In this document: piece after piece, positions 1 through 10,013 of the stretch
Layout of the letters: each line of letters opens with the position of its first letter
How positions within the stretch are numbered: the stretch's first letter is position 1
NCBI GenBank assembly: GCA_005801205.1
Contig: SYDJ01000111.1
Location: forward strand, 636-64,635
DNA: 64,000 nt
Reading direction: 5' to 3'
Source: Gammaproteobacteria bacterium
Lineage (GTDB): Bacteria; Pseudomonadota; Gammaproteobacteria; Pseudomonadales; Cellvibrionaceae
The notes under the pieces: generated by a model
Told to the model about the DNA's origin: nothing
The model's database searches: none
The model's input: only the letters and a program-made list of their open reading frames with translations
Position numbers and translations under genes: made by a program

Positions 1-1774
1 TGAATTAAAAGCGGAGAGCGATGGCAAAGTTGAAAAGCTTGTTGCAAGAATTTCTACACAAGGCAAAAAGACAATTGATTTACTGCAAGGTGTTGTTAGT
101 GATGCTCTTGCGAAATTACCAATCGCCAAACGCATGAAGTGGGGCGCAAAACGCGAAGAGTTTGTTCGCCCTGTTCATTGGCTAGTAATGCTTTACGGCA
201 ATGAAGTTGTGAGTGCAAATATTCTTGGCCTGACAGCAAATCGCAACACTCGCGGACATCGCTTTCATCATAATCACGAAATTGTACTAAAAAGTGCCAC
301 CGATTATGAGTCAGAATTAAAGCACACCGGTTTTGTGTGGGCTGATTTTGATTTACGCAAAGAAGAAATTGCAAAACAAGTAAATGCCGAAGCTAAAAAA
401 GTGGGTGGTGTTGCGGTTATTGACGCAGACTTGTTGGATGAAGTAACTGCGTTGGTTGAATGGCCAAATGCGTTGACGGGTAAATTTGAAGAGCGCTTTT
501 TGCAAGTTCCTGCTGAAGCTTTAATTGCCTCCATGAAAGAACACCAAAAATATTTCCACGTGGTTGATGCAAATGGCAAGTTAATGCCTAACTTCATCAC
601 TGTGGCAAATATCGCAAGCAAAGACCCATCGCAAATTATCGATGGTAACGAGCGTGTCATTCGCCCGCGCTTATCTGACGCGGCGTTCTTTTTTGAAACC
701 GATAAGAAAACTACACTGGCAGCATTGCGCGAGCGTTTAAAAACTATTGTGTTCCAAGCGCAGCTCGGCACTGTTTATGAAAAAACTGAGCGCGTTGCAA
801 AACTGGCAAAACTGATCGCCGCACAATTAAAAGCCGATGAAGCTTCTGCAGTCCGCGCTGGTGAATTGTGTAAATCAGATTTAGTTACCAATATGGTCGG
901 CGAGTTCGACAATATGCAAGGTATTGCGGGCTATTACTACGCATTGAACGATGGTGAAAATGCTGAAGTTGCCGCTGCCATGAATGAACAATATTTGCCA
1001 CGCTTCGCGGGCGATGCATTACCGGACACAATTACCGGTGCGATTATCGCTTTGGCGGATCGTTTAGATACTATCAGCGGTATTTTCGGAATTGGGCAAC
1101 AACCAACAGGCTCAAAAGATCCCTTTGCTTTGCGTCGTGCAAGTATCGCGGTTCTGCGCATTTTAGTTGAGAAAAATCTCGCTTTGGATTTGCGTGAGTT
1201 ATTAACTTTCGCCAAAAACCAACACAACAACTTAACGGTTGGTGATGAGTTGGTAGAACAAGTCCTCAGCTATATGCTCGACCGTTTCCGCGCCTTCTAT
1301 GAAGATGCGAATATTCCAGCGGAAGTTTTCCAAGCGGTAACCGCTAAGCAATTATCACAGCCGCTGGATATTAATCAGCGTGTACTTGCGGTAAATGAAT
1401 TTAGTAAATTGCCGCAAGCACAAGCCTTGGCTGCTGCTAACAAGCGCGTATCCAATATTCTCAGCAAACAAAATGCATCAAGCAATGCAGTGATTCATTC
1501 TGATTTGTTGAAGGAAGAAGCGGAAATTAATCTCGCTCGCGCCATTAGTGCGAAAGCAGAACTAGTAACGCCTTTGTTCGATAAGCGCGAATACACCAAA
1601 GCTTTGGCGGCCTTAGCAGATTTACAACAACCCGTAGATGCTTTCTTCGATAGCGTTATGGTGATGTGTGAAGATGCAGCGCTGCAACAAAATCGTTTAG
1701 CGTTGTTACAACAATTGCGAGGATTGTTTTTGGAAGTAGCCGATATTTCGTATTTGGTTCCGGCTAAGAATTAA
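1..1774 (+). CDS. glyS: Glycine--tRNA ligase beta subunit (5'-truncated by the window edge; frame is open upstream of the ATG at 134)
   Basis: Motifs MKWG..FVRPVHW, GHRFH, LVEWP, GNERVIRPRLSDA, GSKDPFALRR and a C-terminal DALR-type anticodon-binding domain. Confidence 0.97.
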   Translation, partial: ELKAESDGKVEKLVARISTQGKKTIDLLQGVVSDALAKLPIAKRMKWGAKREEFVRPVHWLVMLYGNEVVSANILGLTANRNTRGHRFHHNHEIVLKSATDYESELKHTGFVWADFDLRKEEIAKQVNAEAKKVGGVAVIDADLLDEVTALVEWPNALTGKFEERFLQVPAEALIASMKEHQKYFHVVDANGKLMPNFITVANIASKDPSQIIDGNERVIRPRLSDAAFFFETDKKTTLAALRERLKTIVFQAQLGTVYEKTERVAKLAKLIAAQLKADEASAVRAGELCKSDLVTNMVGEFDNMQGIAGYYYALNDGENAEVAAAMNEQYLPRFAGDALPDTITGAIIALADRLDTISGIFGIGQQPTGSKDPFALRRASIAVLRILVEKNLALDLRELLTFAKNQHNNLTVGDELVEQVLSYMLDRFRAFYEDANIPAEVFQAVTAKQLSQPLDINQRVLAVNEFSKLPQAQALAAANKRVSNILSKQNASSNAVIHSDLLKEEAEINLARAISAKAELVTPLFDKREYTKALAALADLQQPVDAFFDSVMVMCEDAALQQNRLALLQQLRGLFLEVADISYLVPAKN

Positions 1775-1784
1775 GAGGTTCACC

Positions 1785-2054
1785 ATGCCAAGTATTTCGA
1801 TGTTTTACGGCGTAATTATTTACATGTATTTTTTCGATAATAGGAAACATGCTCGCCCGCATATTCATGCTGAATATGCGGAGCATCAAGTAGTCTTATC
1901 GATTGATGATGGCACCATTTTAGATGGTAGCCTTCCGCCAAAACAATTGAAAATGGTACAGGCATGGGTTGCCATTCACGAAGAGGAATTGGCAGCAGAT
2001 TGGAAGTTGGCGATTCAAGGCCAAGAATTATTTCGTATTGATCCATTAAAATAG
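1785..2054 (+). CDS. DUF4160-family protein (putative HicA-like toxin)
   Basis: MPSISMFYGVIIYMY...HARPHIHAEY...GSLPPKQLKMVQAW...LAADW...IDPLK is the typical DUF4160 pattern; RBS GAGG upstream. Confidence 0.85.
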   Translation: MPSISMFYGVIIYMYFFDNRKHARPHIHAEYAEHQVVLSIDDGTILDGSLPPKQLKMVQAWVAIHEEELAADWKLAIQGQELFRIDPLK

Positions 2055-2062
2055 GTGTGCAT

Positions 2063-2296
2063 ATGCTCAAGGTTGAACACGTAGAGTGCATAGAAAACTA
2101 TCAATTGAAAACTCGGCTATCGAATGGTGCCGAGGGGATTTTTGATGTTTCGCCTTATCTCGACAAAGGTATTTTTTGTGAATTAAAGAATGCCGAATAC
2201 TTTAAATCAGTACGCATAAATTTTGCTGGCATTTATTGGCCACATGGACAAGATTTTAGTGCAGACACCCTAGAAGTTGAGTTACAGCAGCAGTGA
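2063..2296 (+). CDS. DUF2442-family protein (putative antitoxin partner of DUF4160)
   Basis: YQL..LSNGAEGIFDVSPYL..GIF.EL....F..V......IYWPHGQDFSADTL pattern; directly follows DUF4160; its TGA overlaps the gmhB GTG. Confidence 0.8.
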   Translation: MLKVEHVECIENYQLKTRLSNGAEGIFDVSPYLDKGIFCELKNAEYFKSVRINFAGIYWPHGQDFSADTLEVELQQQ

Positions 2297-2889
2297 AACT
2301 AATCATTCTCGACCGCGACGGTGTTATTAATATTGAACGCGCTGACTATGTAAAATCTGCCGATGAATGCGTGCCTATTGATGGCAGCATTGATGCCATT
2401 GCACGTTTACATAAAGCGGGCTTCACAGTTGTTGTCGCCACTAACCAATCGGGTTTAGCGCGCGGCAAATTTGATTTGGATGATCTTGAAGCCATGCACG
2501 AAAAGCTTACCGGCTTCATTGAAGAACAAGGTGCAGAACTCGGTGCAATTTTCTATTGCCCCCATGCACCAGAAGATAATTGCAAATGCCGCAAACCACT
2601 GCCCGGTTTAGTAGATGCAATTGAAGCAGAATTTAACACGTCTGCAGAAGGTTTTTATTTTGTAGGTGACAGCCTGCGCGATTTGCAAGCGGCTATCACG
2701 AAAGGCTGCAAACTGATTTTAGTAAAAACCGGCAATGGCGAAAAAACCTTGGCGCAATTAGCCGATGCAAGTTTACAAACTGATGCTCCACAGATTTCAC
2801 CTGAGCAAGTACAAATCTTCAATAATTTAGCCGCAGCGGCGGATTTTATTATTGCTAATGACTCAGGCAACATTGAAAAAATAGTGTGA
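2293..2889 (+). CDS. gmhB: D-glycero-D-manno-heptose 1,7-bisphosphate phosphatase
   Basis: HAD motif LDRDGVIN, TNQSG, CPH...C.CRKP, GDS.RD; usual position after glyS. Confidence 0.95.
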   Translation: MKLIILDRDGVINIERADYVKSADECVPIDGSIDAIARLHKAGFTVVVATNQSGLARGKFDLDDLEAMHEKLTGFIEEQGAELGAIFYCPHAPEDNCKCRKPLPGLVDAIEAEFNTSAEGFYFVGDSLRDLQAAITKGCKLILVKTGNGEKTLAQLADASLQTDAPQISPEQVQIFNNLAAAADFIIANDSGNIEKIV

Positions 2890-2898
2890 AAAAATAGG

Positions 2899-3675
2899 TT
2901 GAATAATATCGTGCTTTACCTTCGCAGCTTAATTTTTATTATCGGCCACTCACTTACTGGCGCGCTCTTTGGTTTAATCGCCGTCATCATTCGCCCATTC
3001 TTGCCCTATTCATGGCGCTGGCGCATTGTCACCTTGTGGAATCGTTTTGTGATGGTGTGGATTTATCTTTGCTGCGGCATCAAATTTAACATCATTGGTA
3101 AGCGCCATTTTGATCGTTACCCTTGTGTTGTTTTAGCAAAGCACCAAAGCACCTGGGAAACCATGTTTCTGCAATATTATTTTGGCCCCGTGAGCACCAT
3201 TCTCAAAAAAGAATTATTGCGTATTCCCTTTTTTGGTTGGGGCTTGGCGAGTTTGCGCCCAGTGGCGATTGATCGCAAAAATCCGATTCAAGCATTGAAA
3301 GATGTAAAAACAAAAGGTATTGAGCGTTTAAAAGAAGGCAACAATTTGCTGATTTTCCCCGAAGGCACACGTATGCCCTTGGGCACTGTTGGTAACTACG
3401 CGCGCAGTGGTGCAGACATTGCAATTAGCGCGGGCGTGCCGATTGTTGCCGTTGCACACAACGCCGCCGAGTGCTGGCCACACAAACATTTTTTAAAATA
3501 TCCAGGCACTATTACAGTTGTGCTGAGCGAGCCGATTGAAACAATGGGAAAAGATCGCAAAGAATTAACCGAAGAGGTTAAGAATTGGATTGAAAGTGAA
3601 ATCAAAAAAATGCCCACAGCGCGCAAAGATGGTGTACGTACTTGGGAAGATGATAAAGCGGAGGCTAGTAGTTGA
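2899..3675 (+). CDS. plsC: 1-acyl-sn-glycerol-3-phosphate acyltransferase
   Basis: KHQSTWET and FPEGTR motifs, N-terminal TM helices, glyS-gmhB-plsC synteny. Confidence 0.9.
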   Translation: MNNIVLYLRSLIFIIGHSLTGALFGLIAVIIRPFLPYSWRWRIVTLWNRFVMVWIYLCCGIKFNIIGKRHFDRYPCVVLAKHQSTWETMFLQYYFGPVSTILKKELLRIPFFGWGLASLRPVAIDRKNPIQALKDVKTKGIERLKEGNNLLIFPEGTRMPLGTVGNYARSGADIAISAGVPIVAVAHNAAECWPHKHFLKYPGTITVVLSEPIETMGKDRKELTEEVKNWIESEIKKMPTARKDGVRTWEDDKAEASS

Positions 3676-4080
3676 CGCATACAGAACAGCAAGAATACAA
3701 ATTTAACGACTTAGTAGTTGCTAAAGAGACTAGGTGTTTTTGTATTTTTGAATGGAATTTTTGACAACGGATAGAATAAAAATATTGAGCTGGGAGGGTA
3801 AAACTTCGCGGTTGGTGTTTTGCAATCTGTTATCGATTATTGTTTGCAAACACCACCACGATTGTTATTAATTATTGTAGTTGCCACTGGTTGTACTCAG
3901 TTGGTGTTGCGCACTTTAGCTAGACAAAAATCAATTATCCAGCATTAATTTTCAAGTGTGTACTTAGGAAACATCTTTTTAGTTATAAGCAAAAAACGGG
4001 TACTTTATCGGCAAAAATGCTACCCATTTCTCTAGGCATCGCGCCTATTCAAGCAGGCTTATGATTAGAAAATCAGCCCA

Positions 4081-4114
4081 ACTGTTAAAGTAGGTTCACT
4101 GTTAAAGTAGGTTC
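4081..4114. repeat. Perfect 17-bp tandem duplication (ACTGTTAAAGTAGGTTC x2) upstream of gpmI
   Basis: Read directly at 4081-4097 and 4098-4114. Confidence 0.95.
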
Positions 4115-4257
4115 GACTCTCACTTCACGGAAAGGACTTTAGTATGCCCAGCTTCCCATATATCCAGCCTCGTCATCGGCCTAGAGAAGCCAGCCATAAC
4201 CCGCTAGAATAGCCGCATTCACCCCGTTCCTAATTTCCCCCTGAGAAGTGACGCGCT

Positions 4258-5805
4258 ATGACAGCCCCAAAGAAACCTACTGTGCTCCTCATCCTCGATG
4301 GCTATGGCTATTCGGAAAAAACCAAATACAACGCCATTGCCGCTGCGCACAAGCCAGTGTTCGACAAACTCTGGGCCAACAACCCCAAAAGCCTGATTGA
4401 AACGTCTGGCCTCGCCGTAGGTTTACCCGAAGGCCAAATGGGCAACAGCGAAGTAGGCCATATGACCCTCGGCGCTGGCCGCGTGGTGTACCAAAGCTTT
4501 ACCCGCGTAAACAAAGCCATTAGCGATGGCGATTTCTTTACCAACCCCGTTTATGTGCAAGCCATCGATAGCGCGATTGCCAGCGGCAAAGCGGTACATA
4601 TTCTCGGTTTGCTTTCTGAAGGCGGCGTACACAGCCATCAAGACCATATTTACGCCATGATGAAAATGGCCGTTGGCCGTGGCGCGAAAGACGTTTATTT
4701 GCACGCATTTCTCGATGGCCGCGATTGCGCACCGCGCAGCGCCGAATCTTCGCTGCAAAAAGCACAAGATTTATTTAAAGAGTTAGGTACTGGCCGTGTC
4801 GCGTCTATTGTTGGCCGCTACTTCGCACTCGACCGCGACAACCGCTGGGATCGCGTTAAGCAAGCTTACGATGTGATGGTAACAGGCGATGCGGAATTCG
4901 ATGCGCTTACCGCTGTGGATGGTTTAAAAGCCGCTTACGAGCGCGGTGAAAATGATGAGTTTGTAAAAGCGACGGTGATCTGCGCAGAAGACGAAGAAGT
5001 CGCCACCATTAATGATGGCGACTCGGTAATTTTTATGAACTTCCGCCCCGACCGCGCACGCGAAATTACCAACGCTTTAATCGAAGAAGGCTTCACCGGT
5101 TTTGAGCGCGAGTTACACCCTGAGATTGCGCACTTTGTACAAACGACCGAATACGCTTCTAGCATCAAAGCGCCTATCGCATTTCCGCCGGAAGATTTAA
5201 CCAATTCTTTTGGTGAATATATTTCTGGTTTGGGCAAAACCCAATTGCGTATCGCCGAAACTGAAAAGTACGCGCACGTGACTTTCTTTTTTAACAGCGG
5301 CAATGAAGTTGTTTACCCCGGCGAAGATCGCATTCTGGTGCCATCGCCTCAAGTTGCCACCTACGATTTACAACCAGAAATGAATGCGCCCATTGTTACC
5401 GATAAACTGGTAGAAGCCATTGAGTCCGGCAAATACGACGCCATTATTTGCAACTACGCCAACTGCGATATGGTCGGCCACTCCGGCATTATGGAAGCGG
5501 CAGTAAAAGCCGTAGAAGCAATTGATGTTTGTCTTGGTCGCGTATTAGCCGCCGTAGAAAAAGTGGGCGGGGAAGCCTTAATTACCGCAGACCACGGCAA
5601 CGTAGAAGAAATGTTTGACGAAGAAACCGGTCAAGCAAATACCCAACACTCCACGCTGCCTGTACCTTTCATTTTCTGCAGCGCACGCAAAGGTACTATT
5701 TCTGCTGGAGGCTCCCTCGCCGATGTTGCACCCACCATGCTGGCGTTAATGGGGATTCCACAGCCCGCAGAAATGACGGGTAAAAATTTAATTACGTTAA
5801 GCTAA
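4258..5805 (+). CDS. gpmI: 2,3-bisphosphoglycerate-independent phosphoglycerate mutase
   Basis: [60 protein letters not shown]. Confidence 0.98.
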   Translation: MTAPKKPTVLLILDGYGYSEKTKYNAIAAAHKPVFDKLWANNPKSLIETSGLAVGLPEGQMGNSEVGHMTLGAGRVVYQSFTRVNKAISDGDFFTNPVYVQAIDSAIASGKAVHILGLLSEGGVHSHQDHIYAMMKMAVGRGAKDVYLHAFLDGRDCAPRSAESSLQKAQDLFKELGTGRVASIVGRYFALDRDNRWDRVKQAYDVMVTGDAEFDALTAVDGLKAAYERGENDEFVKATVICAEDEEVATINDGDSVIFMNFRPDRAREITNALIEEGFTGFERELHPEIAHFVQTTEYASSIKAPIAFPPEDLTNSFGEYISGLGKTQLRIAETEKYAHVTFFFNSGNEVVYPGEDRILVPSPQVATYDLQPEMNAPIVTDKLVEAIESGKYDAIICNYANCDMVGHSGIMEAAVKAVEAIDVCLGRVLAAVEKVGGEALITADHGNVEEMFDEETGQANTQHSTLPVPFIFCSARKGTISAGGSLADVAPTMLALMGIPQPAEMTGKNLITLS

Positions 5806-5812
5806 TCCCGAC

Positions 5813-5916
5813 GCAAGTTAAGGTAATTCTTGTGAGACACGCCGCAAGTACATCCTTGTAGGCTCGACGTCGGCATCCATGCCGCCGACGGTCTCGCAAG
5901 AATCACCTTAACTCGC
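5813..5916. repeat. ~104-bp palindromic intergenic element (REP/MITE-like)
   Basis: 26-nt arms 5813-5838 and 5891-5916 are inverted repeats with 3 mismatches, enclosing an inner hairpin (GTCGGC..ATCCAT..GCCGAC region). Confidence 0.75.
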
Positions 5917-6002
5917 TCAGACTAGTTCCTTTTTTTAAAAACCAAACTGAACATTTTTGTTCGCAATATTCACCGCTGTTTTTTAGCATTCGAATAATCC
6001 CC

Positions 6003-7157
6003 ATGAAAAAACTTCTCTATTCAAGTTTATTCTCCATGATGCTTGCCATCTCGCCCAGTGCGCTGAGCGATGAAAAAGCGGATATGGAAAAATTACAGAA
6101 AGATATTGCCGATCTGCAAAAAGAACTCAAGAAAGTGCAGGGCGCACGCAGTAATGTGCAGCAAGAGCTGCAAAAAAATGAAACGCAAATGAGCGAGCTG
6201 CAAAAGAAAGTTGAACAAATTCAACAGGAAATAAACAGCCAAGACAAACAGATTGAAAACTTAAACCAAGAGCGCGGCAATTTGGAAAAAGCCCGTGCAA
6301 AGCAACAAGCCCAAGCCGCTGAGCAGGTACGTGCTGCTTATCAGCTTGGGCAACAACCACAGTTTAAAGTCTTCTTAAATCAGGAATCACCTGAACGTAT
6401 TTCACGCATGATGAAATACCACAGCTTTTTTATGGCCGCGCACGCCGAGAAAATGAAAAAATACCTCGATACCATTGCGCAACTCAATGAACTCGAACCA
6501 CAGATCGCGCAAAAAACGGCTGAGCTCAATACCATAAAAGAAGAATTAAGTAAGCAGCAAGCCAGCCTGCAAGACGCGCAAGCGCAACGCAAACAAACAC
6601 TCGCTAAAATTAATACAACTATCTCCAGTAAAGATAAAGCCCTGCAAGACATGCAGGAAGATCGCCGCCAATTGCAGGCGCTCCTGCAAAAAGTCACGCG
6701 CGCCACTAACAGCCTCGCCGCCGCACCTAGCTACGTACCGCTGCCAACGGCGGGCGAAAAATTTAGCGCGCGTAAAGGCCGCTTGCCTTGGCCAACGCAA
6801 GGCCGTATTGCCCATGGGTTTGGCAGTAGCCAAGTTGAAGGCCAATTGCAGTGGAACGGTGTTTTAATTAGCGCCAGCTCTGGCCAAGACGTAAAAGCCG
6901 TGCACTATGGTCGCGTCGTCTTTGCCGATTATTTTCGCGGCCAAGGTTTGCTCGTGATTGTGGATCACGGCGAAGGTTACTTAAGCCTCTATGCCCACAA
7001 TCAGCACCTACACATTAAAGCAGGCGATGCGGTTAAAGCAGGCGAATCTATCGCCAGTGTGGGAAATACCGGCGGGCAAAATGAAGCCGGTTTGTATTTT
7101 GAAATCCGCTATCAAGGCAAAGCCATTGACCCTGCAGCGTGGTTGGCGCGCGTTTAA
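6003..7157 (+). CDS. envC: Murein hydrolase activator EnvC (coiled coil plus degenerate M23 domain)
   Basis: Signal peptide, long coiled coil, KGRLPWP, WNGVLI, LYAHN, LYFEIR; gpmI-envC-ctpA synteny. Confidence 0.93.
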   Translation: MKKLLYSSLFSMMLAISPSALSDEKADMEKLQKDIADLQKELKKVQGARSNVQQELQKNETQMSELQKKVEQIQQEINSQDKQIENLNQERGNLEKARAKQQAQAAEQVRAAYQLGQQPQFKVFLNQESPERISRMMKYHSFFMAAHAEKMKKYLDTIAQLNELEPQIAQKTAELNTIKEELSKQQASLQDAQAQRKQTLAKINTTISSKDKALQDMQEDRRQLQALLQKVTRATNSLAAAPSYVPLPTAGEKFSARKGRLPWPTQGRIAHGFGSSQVEGQLQWNGVLISASSGQDVKAVHYGRVVFADYFRGQGLLVIVDHGEGYLSLYAHNQHLHIKAGDAVKAGESIASVGNTGGQNEAGLYFEIRYQGKAIDPAAWLARV

Positions 7158-7213
7158 TTAATTATTTTAGTTTTAGTCGTAATGGGCGCAGCGAGCGCTT
7201 TTCGGAGATGTAA

Positions 7214-8677
7214 ATGTTGTGCCTTTTCACGTTAAGCGCCTCTCGAAAGCAATCAAAGGGGTCAGACTCCATTGATTCCTTGATTCTTTGCAGAAGCATA
7301 AACAAATTCAGATGGAATCAATGGAGTCTGACCCCTTTGATTTTGCTGTTGTGTCTGTTCACCTCAAGTAACCTAGCTAACGCTGCCGCACCCGTTGAAA
7401 AGAAAAAAGCGGTGGGCAACGAAGGTCTCTTACCGCTCGACGAATTGCGCACCTTTACCCGCGCTTACGACCACGTGCGCACCAGTTATGTGGAAGAAAT
7501 CAGCGACTCAAAAATGCTGGAGTACGCCATCAAAGGCATGATTGCCGAGCTTGACCCGCACTCCGCTTATCTTGATAAAGATGCCTATGCCGAGCTGCAA
7601 GCCACCACCAGCGGTGAGTTTGGCGGGGTAGGTGTGGAAGTGGGTATGGACGATGGCGCGATCAAAGTCATTACCCCTTTAGACGGTTCACCGTCGCAAA
7701 AAGCCGGTATTAAGCCCGGCGATATAGTTGTGCGCATTGACGATCAGCTGATGAAAGGCAAAACCCTGACCGATGCCACCCGCCTTATGCGCGGCCCCAA
7801 AGATACCCCCGTCAAAATGAGTTTGCAGCGTAAAGGTGTGGATGACCCTATTGACCTCGTGGTTGTGCGCGATTTAATCCATGTGCAGAGCGTTATCGTT
7901 AAACCCGTTGCGGATGAATACTTGTACATCCGCATCGCCCAATTTCAAACCAACACCGGCCGCGATTTTAGTGAGCGCCTGCGTGAAAGCCTAAAAACCT
8001 ACCCAAAGACCAAGGGCCTAGTATTGGATTTGCGCAATAACCCCGGCGGCGTTTTACAAGCCTCGGTTGATGTTGCCGATGCGTTTTTAGAAAGCGGTAC
8101 AGTGGTCTACACCAAAGGCCGCATGGAAAATAGCAGTATCAGTTATGCGGCGACAGCCGGCGATCTCACCAGCGGTTTGCCATTGGTAACCCTCATCAAC
8201 AGCGGCTCTGCCTCGGCCTCAGAAATTGTCGCGGGCGCACTGCAAGACCATAAACGCTCCATCATTATGGGTACCCGCAGTTTCGGTAAAGGCTCGGTGC
8301 AGACTGTTATTCCCATCACCGAAGACCGCGCCATCAAACTCACTACTGCACTTTATTACACCCCAAATGGTCGTTCCATCCAAGCAAAAGGCATAGAACC
8401 CGATGTGCGTTTAGAGAAAATGACCAATGGTGTTAGCCAAAAAGCGGTTATCGCCGAGGCCGATTTAGCGGGACATCTCAGAAATAAAGATGGGCAAGAT
8501 GTTGGCGGTGGGGCTCGTGAGCGTGAGGGCGTCATGAGTGACGATATTCTTAAAGACAACCAAGTGTTGGATGCCATTAACCTTCTCAAAGGCCTGCTCA
8601 TCCTCGGGCAGCAAGCACCAACCACTGGCGAAGAAGCAAAAGCTAATAGTAACACCAAGCCGCAGGATAAGAAGTAA
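7214..8677 (+). CDS. ctpA: Carboxy-terminal processing protease (S41, PDZ domain)
   Basis: LDPHS, PDZ, DLRNNPGG, SASASEIVAGALQD, SFGKGSVQ; RBS GGAG 6 nt before the ATG at 7214. Confidence 0.93.
   Translation: MLCLFTLSASRKQSKGSDSIDSLILCRSINKFRWNQWSLTPLILLLCLFTSSNLANAAAPVEKKKAVGNEGLLPLDELRTFTRAYDHVRTSYVEEISDSKMLEYAIKGMIAELDPHSAYLDKDAYAELQATTSGEFGGVGVEVGMDDGAIKVITPLDGSPSQKAGIKPGDIVVRIDDQLMKGKTLTDATRLMRGPKDTPVKMSLQRKGVDDPIDLVVVRDLIHVQSVIVKPVADEYLYIRIAQFQTNTGRDFSERLRESLKTYPKTKGLVLDLRNNPGGVLQASVDVADAFLESGTVVYTKGRMENSSISYAATAGDLTSGLPLVTLINSGSASASEIVAGALQDHKRSIIMGTRSFGKGSVQTVIPITEDRAIKLTTALYYTPNGRSIQAKGIEPDVRLEKMTNGVSQKAVIAEADLAGHLRNKDGQDVGGGAREREGVMSDDILKDNQVLDAINLLKGLLILGQQAPTTGEEAKANSNTKPQDKK
7251..7342. 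repeat. Palindromic element with perfect 29-bp inverted arms inside the ctpA 5' coding region
   Basis: AATCAAAGGGGTCAGACTCCATTGATTCC (7251-7279) and its exact reverse complement (7314-7342). Confidence 0.92.
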
Positions 8678-8679
8678 GC

Positions 8680-9549
8680 ATGCTAAAAGCGCTATGCCCG
8701 TGGCTACTTGCGCTGAGTTATTGCTTCAGTACCAGCACACAGGCCGAGGCTCGCCTTGCCATTATTATTGACGACATTGGCTACAACAAAGCCCAAAGTG
8801 AGCGTGCCGCACGCTTGAATGGCAAGTTCACGCTCGCTGTTTTACCTTTCACCCCACACGGGCTCAGCAGCGCTCAGCTCGCCCATAGTCGCGGCAAAGA
8901 GCTTATGCTCCATTTGCCCATGAGCGCGCTTAAGAATCAATATCTCGGCAAAGGCGGTCTCGTCAGCGGTATGGAAAAAGCCACTTTCCTAAATATTATT
9001 CGCCAAGACTTAGCCAGTATCCCGCATATTAAAGGTGTGAATAATCATATGGGCAGCCTCCTCACCCAAGAGGCAGAGCCCATGCAGTGGTTAATGACAG
9101 AATTGCGCCCGCGCGGGCTCTACTTTGTGGATAGCCGCACCAGTGCTCAAACCAAAGCCTTCGATATCGCTAAAAGCCAGCAGGTACCCAGTTTAAAACG
9201 CGATGTATTTTTAGACGACAGCCATGACCCTCACTCCATAGCACAAGAGCTTAATCGCGCCATTAAATTAGCGCGTGAACGCGGCGCGGCGGTTGCGATA
9301 GGTCACCCTTATCCTGCCACCTTAGATATTTTGGAAAACATAGAGCCCTTGCTGCAAAAACAAGGGGTTAGGTTAGTTTACGCCTCTCAATTAATCCACC
9401 CAGCTACTAAAATAGCGCCCCAGAAAAGTGCGCCTAGCGTGCTTAAAGATGAGGGTTTCCCCTATTGCCCCATACCACCAACACCACATTTTTTTAGATT
9501 AGAAACAAATGTTGATTTATACGACGAGGCAGGTATCATGCCTAGATAG
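8680..9549 (+). CDS. Divergent polysaccharide deacetylase (YibQ-like)
   Basis: IIIDDIG, LHLPM, NNHMGS, FVDSRT, RDVFLD, AIGHP motifs; follows ctpA. Confidence 0.92.
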   Translation: MLKALCPWLLALSYCFSTSTQAEARLAIIIDDIGYNKAQSERAARLNGKFTLAVLPFTPHGLSSAQLAHSRGKELMLHLPMSALKNQYLGKGGLVSGMEKATFLNIIRQDLASIPHIKGVNNHMGSLLTQEAEPMQWLMTELRPRGLYFVDSRTSAQTKAFDIAKSQQVPSLKRDVFLDDSHDPHSIAQELNRAIKLARERGAAVAIGHPYPATLDILENIEPLLQKQGVRLVYASQLIHPATKIAPQKSAPSVLKDEGFPYCPIPPTPHFFRLETNVDLYDEAGIMPR

Positions 9550-9702
9550 TTTTTTGGTTATTAAATAATCTCATTTTAATGCTAACTAAGTATATTCAGA
9601 AGATTTATTAAGTGTTTATAATCAGAACAGGTTCAGGCCTTTTGCGAACCTAGAGTTAGGGAAAGTCGCCGCAAGGCACCACGTATCACTGAGGGGTTCA
9701 AT

Positions 9703-9927
9703 ATGGCAACATTCAACCGTGCGGGCGAACTAGGTTCAGTACCTGATCGTAATGGCCGCTTTTTACAGAAAGATAATTACTGGTACTACACGACCCGTGA
9801 AGGCGTGGATATTGGTCCCTTTGATAGCCGTGATGACGCTGAAGTTGGCGTTGGCGAATTTATAGATTTTATCTGTGCATCGGAGCCCAAAGTTGTGGAT
9901 ATTCTTAAGCAATATCGCGCCGCTTAA
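9703..9927 (+). CDS. Small conserved protein (DUF6316-like)
   Basis: R.GE....R..RF......WYYTTREG.DIGPFDSR..AE pattern; RBS GAGGGG. Confidence 0.7.
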   Translation: MATFNRAGELGSVPDRNGRFLQKDNYWYYTTREGVDIGPFDSRDDAEVGVGEFIDFICASEPKVVDILKQYRAA

Positions 9928-9965
9928 TCCGGTAACAGCCACAGGTTTCGGCCTGTGTAGAATGC

Positions 9966-9994
9966 AAAAGGGCGCTCACTGAGCGCCCTTTTTT
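9966..9994. terminator. Bidirectional intrinsic terminator between convergent genes
   Basis: AAAAGGGCGCTCA-C-TGAGCGCCCTTTTTT. Confidence 0.85.
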
Positions 9995-10013
9995 ATGCTT
10001 ATTCGTTTTTAAC

